64,000 bases of DNA from a virus. The first letter of the stretch is position 1, and each line of letters begins with the position of its first letter. The position numbers and the translations under genes are program-made. Below the pieces are notes generated by a model. It was given only the letters and a program-made list of their open reading frames with translations. It made no database searches and was not told the DNA's origin. The stretch lies in IMG/VR virus record IMGVR_UViG_3300038427_000078; one strand, 5' to 3'. Positions 35,534-45,756 of the stretch are shown piece after piece.

Positions 35534-38254
35534 ATGGCTGACGAGAACCAACTACTACGGGCAGAGCTAGACAAACTCCGTAGACACGGGATGACTCTTC
35601 CGCGTCACAGCGGACGCGCTGCTCAGTCTTACGGCGAGGCAGTTCACACGAATCACGCGCTTCTACAGGCGGCAGGGCATGACCTAGACCGCCTCGGAGT
35701 CAGGCTTGGGCGCAGCATCACGCAGGACAACTACGATTCGTCAGTCAAGAACATGCTGGGCGAGAACCAGGCCAAGATGCAGGCCATGCAGAGCAAACGC
35801 AGCATGAGCTATCGCAGCCAGGGAGCTAGCCCGCACCTGGGCGCAAGCCGTCGTGAGCACTACCGCATGTCAGCGGTTGACCACCAATCCAACTTCGGTG
35901 GAAACCCCGGCGTCGGAACCTCGACAGGAGGCGATGCCTACAACGCCATCCCGCGTTTCTACGATCCGCTTGAGTATTGGGACATCAGCGGCCTGCCGTG
36001 GAATGTTGCGGACGAAGGCCATCGTCACAAGCTCCACAAGTGGCTGCGCTTGTACTACGCCACCCACTACCTCGTCCCGATCCTGATCGACATCTTCACC
36101 CGCTTCCCGCTCGTCGGCATGGAGCTTGAGTGCAAGGATCCGAAGCTCAAAGAAGTGTACGAGTCGATCTTCCTCGACAACCTCAAATACGAAGACTTCC
36201 TCGTTGGCCTCGGTCGCGAGTATTGGGTCGTCGGAGAGGCGTTCCCTCTCGCGTCCTTTGATGAGGACTTGGGCGTGTGGGAGCATGAGGAGTTGATCAA
36301 CCCCGAGGACATCGTGATCAACAACTTCCCGTTCCTCAACTCCAAGCAGTTGAAGATCGCTCCGCCCGACTACCTCAAGCGCATCGCACAGACCAAGCTC
36401 CCGGCTCGCGAGTATTACCTCCTGCGCGAGAACTTCGAGGACTTGATCCCGTACTTGCTCAAGGGTGAACACATCCCGATCAGCCCGGTGATGATGCGCC
36501 ACGTCGCCAACAAGATGAACAATTGGGACGACCACGGCACCCCGATTCTTCTACGCGGCATGCGAACCTTGCTCCATGAGGAAAAGCTCATGGCCTCGCA
36601 GGAAGCCATCGCTGAGCGTCTGTACTCGCCGTTGATCCTCGCCAAGCTAGGGATCATGGACATGGGCGACGGCCTCCCGCCGTGGCTCCCCGGCCCGGAA
36701 GAGCTTGAGTCCGTCCGTGACGACCTCGACATCGCGCTGTCATCTGACTTCCGCGTCATGGTCCACCACTTCGGCCTTGAGATTTCCAACGTGTTCGGGC
36801 GCGAGCAGATGCCTCGCCTGGGCGACGACTTCGACCGCATCGAGCGCAGGCTCATGCAGGTGTTCGGCGTGAACCCGTCACTGCTCTCAGCGGGCAGCAA
36901 CACACAGCCGTACGCCTCTAGCGCGCTACAAGCCGAGTTCATGAACCAGATCCTCCGCACGTTCCAGGGCATGCTCAAGGAGCACTACCGCGAGCGTGCT
37001 CTCGTCGTGGCTGAGGCGCAGGGCCACTACGACTACGAGACAAAGGGTGACACACGCATCCCGATTTGGGAAAAAGTCGCCATCACCGACGAGGAGACAG
37101 GTGAGCGTCACATCGAGGAGGTACAGAAGCTCCTGGTCCCGGACCTCAAGTTCGCGACCTTCGACATGCGCGACCAGGCTACCGAGCGTCAGTTCCTCAT
37201 GGCCCTCCGTCAGATGGGCGTCCCGATCCCGAACGAGGATCTGCTCATCGGCATCGACTGGAACTACCGCGAAAAGGTCTTGCAGTACAACCGCGAGTTG
37301 AAGGAGCAGACCATCGCTCAGCAGCGCGCGAAGCTCGACACCTACATCGCTCTCGCCACGCAGGGACTCCCGATCCCGCTCGACCTCAAGGCCGAGGTTG
37401 AGTCCGTGCTAGTCCACGGAGCAGGCGCAGGTGGGGGTATGCCCGAAGGCGGCGGTGGAGGCATGGCAGGAGCACAGCAGCAGAAACCAGGCGGCATGCC
37501 CGGATCAGTTGGTCCTGCCGGTGGCCCGCCTGAACTTGGACCTCCTGGCGGCGGTGGTGGAGGCATCAACATGCCGCCTCCGCCTCCTGGCCTTGGCTCA
37601 GGACCGGGCACCGCGCCTCCTGGCGGCGGAGCACCGGCAGCTAGCCCGATGGCTCCTGGTCCCGCAGGCACCGTCCCGCAGGTGAGCAACGAGCGTCGTC
37701 CTGGCCTGAAATACAACACGTCGAACCAGGGCCACCCGATCATCGGTGCTCGCGAGGGCAGCGACTTCGATCAGTTCATGGCCGACTACCCCGACCTGGG
37801 CCTCCCGTTCGTGGACTACGTGGCCGACAACACAGAGGACGAGCTAGACAAGATCGACCGTGGTACCCTGCTATCGTTGAGCAAGGCATGGCCGAAGAAT
37901 GCAGCAGCATACCAGCACAAGGTTGCAGAGGAGGTCGCGGTATATCTCGCGAACACCCCGGATTCAGAGCCGGAGCCTGCTAAAGTAGAGCCACCAGTTG
38001 AGTTCACACTCAAGGCGAATCAGGAGCTACGGAAAGTAAAGGGTGAGCCAGATCGCATCATCGAGACACCTTCCAAGAAACGGATCAAGCACAAGGTCGC
38101 GACTGACAAGAAGTACACTGTCGTTGACCCGGTGGAAAAGCCGCTTCGTGTAACACCCGAGGAAGAAGCCAAGCTCCGCAAGGCGTATTTCAAGGCCAAC
38201 AAGATACCACTACCAAAGGATGAGAATGAGTCAACCGAGCCAAAGTCCTCTTGA
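35534..38254 (+). CDS. Portal protein with Gly/Pro-rich C-terminal extension
   Basis: Size and context after TerL; REYWVVGEAF, HGTPILLR, VFGVNPSLL. Confidence 0.8.
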   Translation: MADENQLLRAELDKLRRHGMTLPRHSGRAAQSYGEAVHTNHALLQAAGHDLDRLGVRLGRSITQDNYDSSVKNMLGENQAKMQAMQSKRSMSYRSQGASPHLGASRREHYRMSAVDHQSNFGGNPGVGTSTGGDAYNAIPRFYDPLEYWDISGLPWNVADEGHRHKLHKWLRLYYATHYLVPILIDIFTRFPLVGMELECKDPKLKEVYESIFLDNLKYEDFLVGLGREYWVVGEAFPLASFDEDLGVWEHEELINPEDIVINNFPFLNSKQLKIAPPDYLKRIAQTKLPAREYYLLRENFEDLIPYLLKGEHIPISPVMMRHVANKMNNWDDHGTPILLRGMRTLLHEEKLMASQEAIAERLYSPLILAKLGIMDMGDGLPPWLPGPEELESVRDDLDIALSSDFRVMVHHFGLEISNVFGREQMPRLGDDFDRIERRLMQVFGVNPSLLSAGSNTQPYASSALQAEFMNQILRTFQGMLKEHYRERALVVAEAQGHYDYETKGDTRIPIWEKVAITDEETGERHIEEVQKLLVPDLKFATFDMRDQATERQFLMALRQMGVPIPNEDLLIGIDWNYREKVLQYNRELKEQTIAQQRAKLDTYIALATQGLPIPLDLKAEVESVLVHGAGAGGGMPEGGGGGMAGAQQQKPGGMPGSVGPAGGPPELGPPGGGGGGINMPPPPPGLGSGPGTAPPGGGAPAASPMAPGPAGTVPQVSNERRPGLKYNTSNQGHPIIGAREGSDFDQFMADYPDLGLPFVDYVADNTEDELDKIDRGTLLSLSKAWPKNAAAYQHKVAEEVAVYLANTPDSEPEPAKVEPPVEFTLKANQELRKVKGEPDRIIETPSKKRIKHKVATDKKYTVVDPVEKPLRVTPEEEAKLRKAYFKANKIPLPKDENESTEPKSS

Positions 38255-39539
38255 CGACCCGAAAGTTCATAGGCTAGTCCGAGAGTACATCGCCGCAGGT
38301 AAGACCAACAGCAGCATCGTTTCATCACTCAGCACCCAAGGTGTTCTCACCACCAAGGACTCCATCCGGAGGTTCCGCAAGCGTAACGGCCTAGCCCCGC
38401 CGTCTAACTCCCCACTCCGACCGGGCGTGAAGGTAGAGAAGGGCACAGCAGAGGTCACGACTCCCCGCCAGGTCGGGGTCAAGCTCGATGACCCGGACAC
38501 CATGCTTGAAGAACGTGGCCTTGATCCCGCCGAGTGGGACATCGAGGGCGCAGTCATCAACGAGTGGGATGGCCCGAGCCAAGAGGGTCCGGTCACGTAC
38601 CACCAGGCGAAGCTCCGCCTCAAGCGCAACGTGGACTCGTTCATCTTCCCGGCCCGTAGCGATGGGTGGAAAGCGCCGCAGCGCAGTCTCCCGACAGAGG
38701 GATCACACCTTGTCGCCATCATAGGCGACCAGCAGGAGCCGTTCGCGGACGAGAACCTGCACTACCTACTCTGCGGCTGGCTCGAACAGAACCAGCCCGA
38801 CGAGATTGTCAGCCTCGGTGACACTGTGGACTTTCCGGACATCAGCCGTCACAGGCTAGACCCGGAGAACGGAGCCACGGTCAACGAGTGTATCCAGACC
38901 GGCTACGACAACCTACGCGGCGTACGTCAGGCTGCCCCGAATGCGCGCATCCGCAAACTTGCAGGCAACCACGATGAGCGCATGCGCAACATCCTGCTCG
39001 ACAAGCCAGCAGTGCGGTCGCTCTACGGCGTCAAGCAGGCGGACACCCCGGACGAGGATGGCCCGCCCGTGCTCTCGATCCCTCACTTGCTTCGCTTGGA
39101 CGAGTTGGGCATCGAGTACGTAGATCCTTCGGGTCCGTATGACATGGCGCAGATCAACCTCAGCGACCACTTGGCTGTGCGCCACGGCTGGATCGCCCGA
39201 CAGGGATCAGGCGTGTCGGCTCTCGCTACGCTCGACTACCTCGGTTACTCCTGCATCGTGGGTCACACCCACCGTCAGTCACTCATCTACAAAACTCGCC
39301 ACGACATCGACGGCGGCACGACGACACTGACGGCTGCCGAGGCAGGCTGCCTCTGCAAAATCGATCAGAAGCCGTACAAGGGCAGGCAGTGGCCGAACTA
39401 CACGGTCGCTCCCGACTGGCAACAGGGCTTCTCCACGGCGGTCGTTCACGCCGATGGCACGTTCAGGATCGAGAACGCAACCTACGTCAAGACGAAGGGC
39501 AAGGGCGTTCTTCTGTGGAGGGACGAACAGTACCGCTGA
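38226..39539 (+). CDS. Calcineurin-like metallophosphoesterase with N-terminal HTH
   Basis: GDQQ, LGDTVD, GNHD, RHG, GHTH. Confidence 0.85.
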   Translation: MSQPSQSPLDDPKVHRLVREYIAAGKTNSSIVSSLSTQGVLTTKDSIRRFRKRNGLAPPSNSPLRPGVKVEKGTAEVTTPRQVGVKLDDPDTMLEERGLDPAEWDIEGAVINEWDGPSQEGPVTYHQAKLRLKRNVDSFIFPARSDGWKAPQRSLPTEGSHLVAIIGDQQEPFADENLHYLLCGWLEQNQPDEIVSLGDTVDFPDISRHRLDPENGATVNECIQTGYDNLRGVRQAAPNARIRKLAGNHDERMRNILLDKPAVRSLYGVKQADTPDEDGPPVLSIPHLLRLDELGIEYVDPSGPYDMAQINLSDHLAVRHGWIARQGSGVSALATLDYLGYSCIVGHTHRQSLIYKTRHDIDGGTTTLTAAEAGCLCKIDQKPYKGRQWPNYTVAPDWQQGFSTAVVHADGTFRIENATYVKTKGKGVLLWRDEQYR

Positions 39540-40000
39540 GCACTTGACAAGGGTGCTATAGTGTAGTTCATCGGGTGGCTGGAAGGCCACAAAGCGTAGT
39601 AGAGTCGAAAGGGCGTCATGGGCGCTAGAGCAAAGAAGAGGAAGGCTGACGAGCAGACGTACCAGCAGAAGAAGAACGCCGTCTGCATCGTCCTGTATGA
39701 CACGACTGGTGAGACTCTGAGTCCCGTCGCGCGTGAGGAGTTTGAGGAAGCGGCTCTCCGAGTCGCGCAGCATCATCCGAACGTCCTGCTAAGCATCTCG
39801 GATACCTGAGATGGGCATCAAGCCAGCAGGTGACTTCGAGGTCACGCCTGTCACCATGGAGGGCAAGAAACCCCGTGGCGTTGCCTGGTGCAAACGCTGC
39901 GGGCGCAAGCATGCCAGGAAGTCAGAGTGCGATCTGGTAGAATACGAGCCAGGTCGTTTCATGGGCCGTCAATCCTACGAGAAGAGAAAGGCAGAAGAGA

Positions 40001-40429
40001 ATGGCGAGTGATCAAGTACGCGGGGTAGACCCCGACACAGGAGGGGAAAAGGGACTCAAGCTCGCATCGATAGGCGATGCTTGTCCGAAAGCCCTCATGG
40101 AGATTGCCAAGGTCTATGGACATGGACGCAAGAAGTACAGTCGGGGCAACTACCTCAGCGGCTATACGTGGAGTTCGTCATACGACGCTCTACAGCGGCA
40201 CCTACTGCTCTTTTGGGCCGGGGAGGAACGCGACGGCGAAGGCGTAGTCAACGAGTTGGTCGAGCAGGGCGCGGACCCCAACGATGCGTGGCAGCAAGTG
40301 ATCGACTCGACGGACGACGAGGGACACTCGCTCTACTCAGGGCTGCATCACATGGCCCACGCCGGATGGCACTGCATCTGCCTCCTGGCGTTCACCATTC
40401 GGAAAATCGGAACGGATGATCGACTATGA
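40001..40429 (+). CDS. dATP/dGTP diphosphohydrolase-like (DUF5664 type)
   Basis: GRKKYSRGNY...YDALQRHL...SGLHHMAHA. Confidence 0.75.
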   Translation: MASDQVRGVDPDTGGEKGLKLASIGDACPKALMEIAKVYGHGRKKYSRGNYLSGYTWSSSYDALQRHLLLFWAGEERDGEGVVNELVEQGADPNDAWQQVIDSTDDEGHSLYSGLHHMAHAGWHCICLLAFTIRKIGTDDRL

Positions 40430-40782
40430 ACCTCAACGAGTATCAGCGCAAGGCTGAGGAGACTGCCACATGGGGCACCTTCTCACAGGGCGACGGCAAG
40501 GGCGTAGGCGAGCCGGGAGGCATTCCTGGCGTGGTCTACTGCGCTCTCGGACTCACAGGCGAGGCCGGGGAGGTTGCGGACGACTTGAAGAAGGCGTACC
40601 GCAACGATGGGATCATCACGTTCGAGCGGCGGGAGAAGATCCTTGAGGAGCTTGGCGACGTGCAGTGGTACCTCGCTCTGCTCACGACGGAACTTGGTGC
40701 TACACTAGACGACGTAGCGCAAAGGAACCTCACGAAGCTCGCGAAGCGGAAGAGGAAAAACGAACTCAAGGAGCACGCATGA
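40426..40782 (+). CDS. mazG: MazG-like NTP pyrophosphatase
   Basis: LGLTGEAGEVAD...EELGDVQWY...NLTKL. Confidence 0.88.
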   Translation: MNLNEYQRKAEETATWGTFSQGDGKGVGEPGGIPGVVYCALGLTGEAGEVADDLKKAYRNDGIITFERREKILEELGDVQWYLALLTTELGATLDDVAQRNLTKLAKRKRKNELKEHA

Positions 40783-41339
40783 GCACCCAGGCGGAGCACG
40801 ACCTATTCATGAGGTTCCCCGGAATGACGCGGGAGCAGATTGAGCGCCAGTTGAGCGAGAGGCTTGAGGACGACCTACGGGACTTCCAGTTCCAAGTGCT
40901 ACCCTCAGACGTGCCGCACCTACAGGCCGTAGCAGCCGATCCTAGACCAACCGTCTATCTCGCAGGACACATTTCAGCGGACAACTACCGCAAGGTGGCA
41001 ACAACCTACCTGGACGACTACGGATGGGAGGTTCTGGACCCGTTCGTGCGGGCCGACTTCCGTGACCGAGACAACCTCGACATGGCTGCTCTCTCAGAGG
41101 AGATTGTCGAAGGCGACCTCAACGACATCAAACGGTCGCAGGCTGTCTTGGCCGACTGCACCATCGGCAGCCCCGGTACATCGATGGAGATTTGGTACGC
41201 GAACTCGATTGGGCGTCCAGTGTACGCCTTCGTGGAGCGTGGCAATCGCATCAGCCCATGGGTTCACTACGTGGCCCATGAGAAAGTGGAGGAGACTCTA
41301 TCTGATGCGCTCGTAAGACTTGTAGGTGACTACCAGTGA
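40779..41339 (+). CDS. Nucleoside 2-deoxyribosyltransferase-like
   Basis: VYLAGHI...DLNDIKRS...GTSMEIWYA. Confidence 0.8.
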   Translation: MSTQAEHDLFMRFPGMTREQIERQLSERLEDDLRDFQFQVLPSDVPHLQAVAADPRPTVYLAGHISADNYRKVATTYLDDYGWEVLDPFVRADFRDRDNLDMAALSEEIVEGDLNDIKRSQAVLADCTIGSPGTSMEIWYANSIGRPVYAFVERGNRISPWVHYVAHEKVEETLSDALVRLVGDYQ

Positions 41340-41479
41340 GGATCGCACTCACGTACATCGCGGTGGTAGCGTTCGCCGGGATCGGAGTGGTGGCCTTCAC
41401 GGAAGCCAACTACAAGGTAGGCGTTGCAACAATCATGCTGGCGTGCGCTAACGCACTCCTGCTACTATAGGAGGTAGTC

Positions 41480-41899
41480 ATGAAAGCAAACATACTGTAC
41501 GTCGCAGGGCCAATGAGTCACATTCCGCAGTACAACGTTCCAGCGTTCCTAGACGCTGAGAAGGACTTGCTCGCAAGGGGCAAGAAGGTTGTGCTGCCGG
41601 TAGACCTCAACCGGCCCGAGGAGGTCGCGAAACTGATGGCGTGCCCGTTGGGTACTGAGTCAGCGACCGGACGGACCTGGGAGGAACTTCTCTCAGAAGA
41701 CTTGCTCCTGATCCACAAGGAGGGCGTCGAAGCAATCTGCGTCCTACCCGGATGGCAGCGTTCACGCGGTGCGAGGTTGGAGACATTCTACGGTCGCTTG
41801 CGCAACCTAGAGATTGTCCACTACCCGAGCCTGCGCGCAGTCGCAGCCAAAGACATTCAGGTGGCGCACGGCGTCCCTTTAGGAGTGACTAACTACTGA
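41480..41899 (+). CDS. DUF4406 / NDT-fold protein
   Basis: YVAGPMS...LPGWQRSRGARLE. Confidence 0.8.
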   Translation: MKANILYVAGPMSHIPQYNVPAFLDAEKDLLARGKKVVLPVDLNRPEEVAKLMACPLGTESATGRTWEELLSEDLLLIHKEGVEAICVLPGWQRSRGARLETFYGRLRNLEIVHYPSLRAVAAKDIQVAHGVPLGVTNY

Positions 41900-42204
41900 T
41901 GCCAGAGACAGCTTCCCAAAGACGATGGATGAAGGCTAACCCTGAGAAGGTAGCCGAGTATATGCGAAACACTAGGAAGCGTTTCCCTGAGAGGGAGCGC
42001 GCTAGGGTGATACTGAATCGCGCTATTCGCAGAGGGGAGATAGTTCGTCCAACAGTCTGTGAAGATTGTGGTCGTTACGAGGGCTGGAATAATGAACCCC
42101 TTCCTGGCAAGGGCGTCATCGAGGGTCATCATACGGACTATACGCAACCCCTGATCGTTGAATGGCTTTGTCGGTTATGTCATAACGAGATGAGGTTGGT
42201 CTGA
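41899..42204 (+). CDS. HNH endonuclease
   Basis: CEDC...EGHHTDY...WLCRLCH. Confidence 0.8.
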   Translation: MPETASQRRWMKANPEKVAEYMRNTRKRFPERERARVILNRAIRRGEIVRPTVCEDCGRYEGWNNEPLPGKGVIEGHHTDYTQPLIVEWLCRLCHNEMRLV

Positions 42205-42509
42205 TGCCCTACGTAGCCCCGGAGATAAAGGAGGAGTTGGTAGACGGTCGCATCCCTGAGAATGTGGGAGAGCTTACCTTCTGCGTCACTAGCCAGCTAG
42301 CGATGTACCTGGACGAAAAGCTCTCCCGCACGGGAGGGATTCACTACCAGGATCTTGCCGAGTGCAAAGCTGCACTGGTGGGTGCCCTGCGCGACTTCAA
42401 TGAGCGCGTTGAGGCTCCCTACGAGAAGAAGAAGGCCGAAGAGAACGGCGACGTGTGGGGAAGAGGGGTGATCGAGTATGTCGGAGGCGACTTCTACGGA
42501 TACCTTTGA
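42204..42509 (+). CDS. Conserved phage protein
   Basis: MPY...GELTF...APYEKKKAEENGDV. Confidence 0.65.
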   Translation: MPYVAPEIKEELVDGRIPENVGELTFCVTSQLAMYLDEKLSRTGGIHYQDLAECKAALVGALRDFNERVEAPYEKKKAEENGDVWGRGVIEYVGGDFYGYL

Positions 42510-42574
42510 TGACAGCGATCTACCGGATCCGACCGAACCTTTAGGTTTCACTTCGGTTCTACGGCGTAATATAT

Positions 42575-42985
42575 GTGGAGTGTTCATTTCCAGGATGCGA
42601 TCACCCCGTTCGTTGCAAGGGACTGTGTAGTGGTCACTACTATCAGAAGATCAAGGGCCGTAAGCGGCGTCCTCTCCATCGCGGGCGAGAACCGATTACA
42701 GACGGTTCGGGAGGATGGAGCACTAAAGACGGATACCGAGAAGTCAAGGCTCATGGTCATCCCAATGCGGATTCTAAGGGTCAGATTCTTGAGCATCGGC
42801 TGGTCATGGCAGAACATCTTGGTCGCGCACTTCTTCCGGACGAGACAGTACATCACAAGAAGGGTAATCGGTCTGACAACCGCATCGAGAATCTTGAGTT
42901 GTGGACGACCAATCATCCCAAGGGTCAACGGGTCGAGGATCTGCTACAGTGGGCTGATGAACTCATTGAGCGGTATCGAGGGTGA
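42575..42985 (+). CDS. HNH homing endonuclease
   Basis: EHRLVMAEHLGR...VHHKKGNRSDNRIENL. Confidence 0.9.
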   Translation: MECSFPGCDHPVRCKGLCSGHYYQKIKGRKRRPLHRGREPITDGSGGWSTKDGYREVKAHGHPNADSKGQILEHRLVMAEHLGRALLPDETVHHKKGNRSDNRIENLELWTTNHPKGQRVEDLLQWADELIERYRG

Positions 42986-43188
42986 GTCATGAGAACTTGT
43001 TGGTGCGGAGAACCGTTGTCGCATCTCAACCGGATATGTCCTGAGAAACCTATCCTTGTACGTGACGAGGGTGGCGAGTACATAGCGACAGGCAGAGAGG
43101 CAAGAATTGAGCGTCACCGCTTGGCTGAGCAACGGGATAACGAACATGCACAACATCAGGCTGAACGCTGGCCGGAGAATGTGATGCC

Positions 43189-43455
43189 ATGAGCGAAACA
43201 GAGGACAATCTTCCCGACCCTACGGAACCAATAGCGGTCATCCGTCACCACTTGCATGAGGCGCTGCTGGTGATCGCGGACTCGCACGTCAAGTCGCAGG
43301 CAGAGGACTTGATCGAAGCGTTCCGTCACAGCACGCCTACGTCGAGGGAGTCGGCGTTGTCTCGTCGGCTCAATCGCTCGAAGATCATGCTCGCGGGCTA
43401 CCTGGGTCTGCTTGACGACGAGGACGAGGATGGAATCGAGCTAGAGAATGAGTGA
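43189..43455 (+). CDS. Hypothetical protein (N-terminus duplicated at 42478)
   Basis: MSETEDNLPDPTEP. Confidence 0.6.
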   Translation: MSETEDNLPDPTEPIAVIRHHLHEALLVIADSHVKSQAEDLIEAFRHSTPTSRESALSRRLNRSKIMLAGYLGLLDDEDEDGIELENE

Positions 43456-43736
43456 CCACATCCCGCACAGGCACGCGGGAAGTCCCTTCTACAACCCGCC
43501 AGTGCCGATAGGCGACCCGGTTCCACCGCGCGTCAGCCTACCCGAGCCAGCGACGGCGTTCCCTCAGAAGCAGGCCGTGTACGACGGACCCTCCGAACGT
43601 GAGCTTGAGGCGTGGTACAATGTCCTCAACGACATCGTGCAGTCACCACCCTTCGAGCATCGAAGCTCACTGTGGGACGAACTCTCAGACCTTCGAGACT
43701 CCATCTACAGATACCTACGAGGATAGAAAGGCAGAC

Positions 43737-44096
43737 ATGAACGAGAACGAACCATCAGTCGGAGACATCATCAAGGGCTTTCCGGCCTTCTTCACGCAGT
43801 ACCTACTTGGCTTCGTGTGGGGCGGGCTGTGTGACGTGACCCTCGCGAGCCTTTGGCTTGGAAGCATCGCCCTTGGCTTGGCTACCTCATGGGAGCTAGG
43901 CGCAGCGGCGTTCTTCTTCGGCCACTTCTCCATCCGCACCACGAACGCGCTTGGACAGGCCGCAGTGCGTGCAGGGCGTGAAGTCAGGATGCCGTTGGGA
44001 CGCATTGGCAACCTACTCACACCACCACCTCCGGTTGAGGCTGAGGCAGAGGAGACAGCACCAGAGCCAGATAAGGATCAAACTTCCGAGACATAA
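43737..44096 (+). CDS. Membrane protein
   Basis: Hydrophobic segments. Confidence 0.55.
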   Translation: MNENEPSVGDIIKGFPAFFTQYLLGFVWGGLCDVTLASLWLGSIALGLATSWELGAAAFFFGHFSIRTTNALGQAAVRAGREVRMPLGRIGNLLTPPPPVEAEAEETAPEPDKDQTSET

Positions 44097-44099
44097 TGG

Positions 44100-44756
44100 T
44101 TGATGGACACAACGTACAGAATCCCGATCAACTCGCGCGTCAGGCTCAGGGACGGGATCGATCCCGCTCTCTACAAGGGCTTCTCATGCACGGGCAACGA
44201 GGGATGGGTCCGCAACCATCGTGCCGACGAGCACGGGTACCCGCAAGTTCTGATAGAGTGGGATCATGACCACTGGTCCTACAACGGAGCACAGAACTGC
44301 TGGACCTGGGAGGAGCACTTCGATCTAGTGGAGGGAGCAGACATGCCAGAGAAAGATCCAGACAAGGTGAATAGACTGAAAGGCTTGGCGGATGCGTTCA
44401 TCCAAGAGGTCTTGGGTCAAGAAACGGCGCAGCCCGAGGCGGCTAAGGTCGTCCCTGTGCCTACCCCGACAGGAGTCGAGGTTCCCGCAGAGCCAGAGGA
44501 GGACACGCCGGTCAACATCACCGCCGAGGCTATCGAGGCTCTTGGTAAGGCGAAAGCCTTCGTCGTCATCACGGTGCAGGAGGATGAGAAAGATGGGCAG
44601 AGACTCATTTACCCGGCCATTTATCAGCAGTCCGAGGACGAAAAGTGGGCGCTGATCTGTCAGGGCCACATCGGTCACCTACTCACACTTCTCCACGACT
44701 CGCTTCTCCAAGAGAAGCTAATCAAGAACCAGATGGACAACCAGAATGCCGAGTGA
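44100..44756 (+). CDS. Hypothetical protein, SH3-like N-terminus
   Basis: ORF in operon. Confidence 0.55.
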   Translation: MMDTTYRIPINSRVRLRDGIDPALYKGFSCTGNEGWVRNHRADEHGYPQVLIEWDHDHWSYNGAQNCWTWEEHFDLVEGADMPEKDPDKVNRLKGLADAFIQEVLGQETAQPEAAKVVPVPTPTGVEVPAEPEEDTPVNITAEAIEALGKAKAFVVITVQEDEKDGQRLIYPAIYQQSEDEKWALICQGHIGHLLTLLHDSLLQEKLIKNQMDNQNAE

Positions 44757-44920
44757 CGTAGGCGCAGTCTGCGAGTGCTGTGAGGCCAGTCAGAAGAAGA
44801 AAGAGCAGCCAGTCCGCCATCTGGTAGCTCTTCCTGCTGTGCGCCAAGGTCCAGCCTTGGCTGTATGTGAGTGGTGCGACGAGCCTGTGATTCGTACGGC
44901 AGAAGCGACAGTCGCCCGCC

Positions 44921-45742
44921 ATGCTACTTGAACCGGGATCCGGCGTCAAAGCTCAGACGCCCGAAGAAGCCGAAGCGCTTGTCAACGGCGGGTACAAGAA
45001 GTGCTACAACCCGCAGTGCAACTTTCACCTGTCACCCGAGACACAGCAGACCGTAGTCGCGAACGGTGGCGGCTACTACACCTGCCCGAATGCGAAGTGC
45101 AAACAGTCACACGACCTGATGGAAGACCTTCCGTGGCATGGTGCCAGTGATGAGCAGGCTCAGTACAACGAGGACAAATTTCAGCAGGAACGCTACGAAC
45201 CGACCGAAGAGACTTACAAGCCGGGATTCAGTCCAGGCGGCACCACGCGCATCGGCTTGAGCTTGCAGGAGCAGGCTCAGATTGGGGAGGATGTCATCGA
45301 GCACCTGGGAAGCCTGCCAGGGTACGGACCTATCGTGTGGTGGCACCAGGGCGGCGCTACCGAAGCCTCACCGCTTGACGGCGCGACGAAGGAATGGGGT
45401 CTAGAGGTCAAGACCATCGGCTATGACGCTACCCACCACCGCTTCATTCCAGGCCGCACGTACGAGAAGGAAGCCAAGAACAAGCAGGCCGAGGAAATGG
45501 GCCTCAAGGGTATCCTGGGCATCCTGGTGCTGCTCAACTATCGCACCAGCGAGGCCGACGTGTACGTCAAAGAGATGCCCCTCACGCCGTGGCAGAACTC
45601 CAAGGGTCGCGAACTTCGCGGGGTGGCCTCATTCCGCTCGCAGGGCAGCACCCACTTGCTTGAGAGGGTCAAGTTCAACAACCCGTTCATGAACCCGACA
45701 AGCAACACGCCTGCTGTGGCTGAGGACGACCTACCGTTCTGA
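44921..45742 (+). CDS. Zn-ribbon plus PD-(D/E)XK-like nuclease domain
   Basis: IGEDVIE...PLDG...GLEVKT. Confidence 0.5.
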   Translation: MLLEPGSGVKAQTPEEAEALVNGGYKKCYNPQCNFHLSPETQQTVVANGGGYYTCPNAKCKQSHDLMEDLPWHGASDEQAQYNEDKFQQERYEPTEETYKPGFSPGGTTRIGLSLQEQAQIGEDVIEHLGSLPGYGPIVWWHQGGATEASPLDGATKEWGLEVKTIGYDATHHRFIPGRTYEKEAKNKQAEEMGLKGILGILVLLNYRTSEADVYVKEMPLTPWQNSKGRELRGVASFRSQGSTHLLERVKFNNPFMNPTSNTPAVAEDDLPF

Positions 45743-45756
45743 GGGGTAATAGATGG

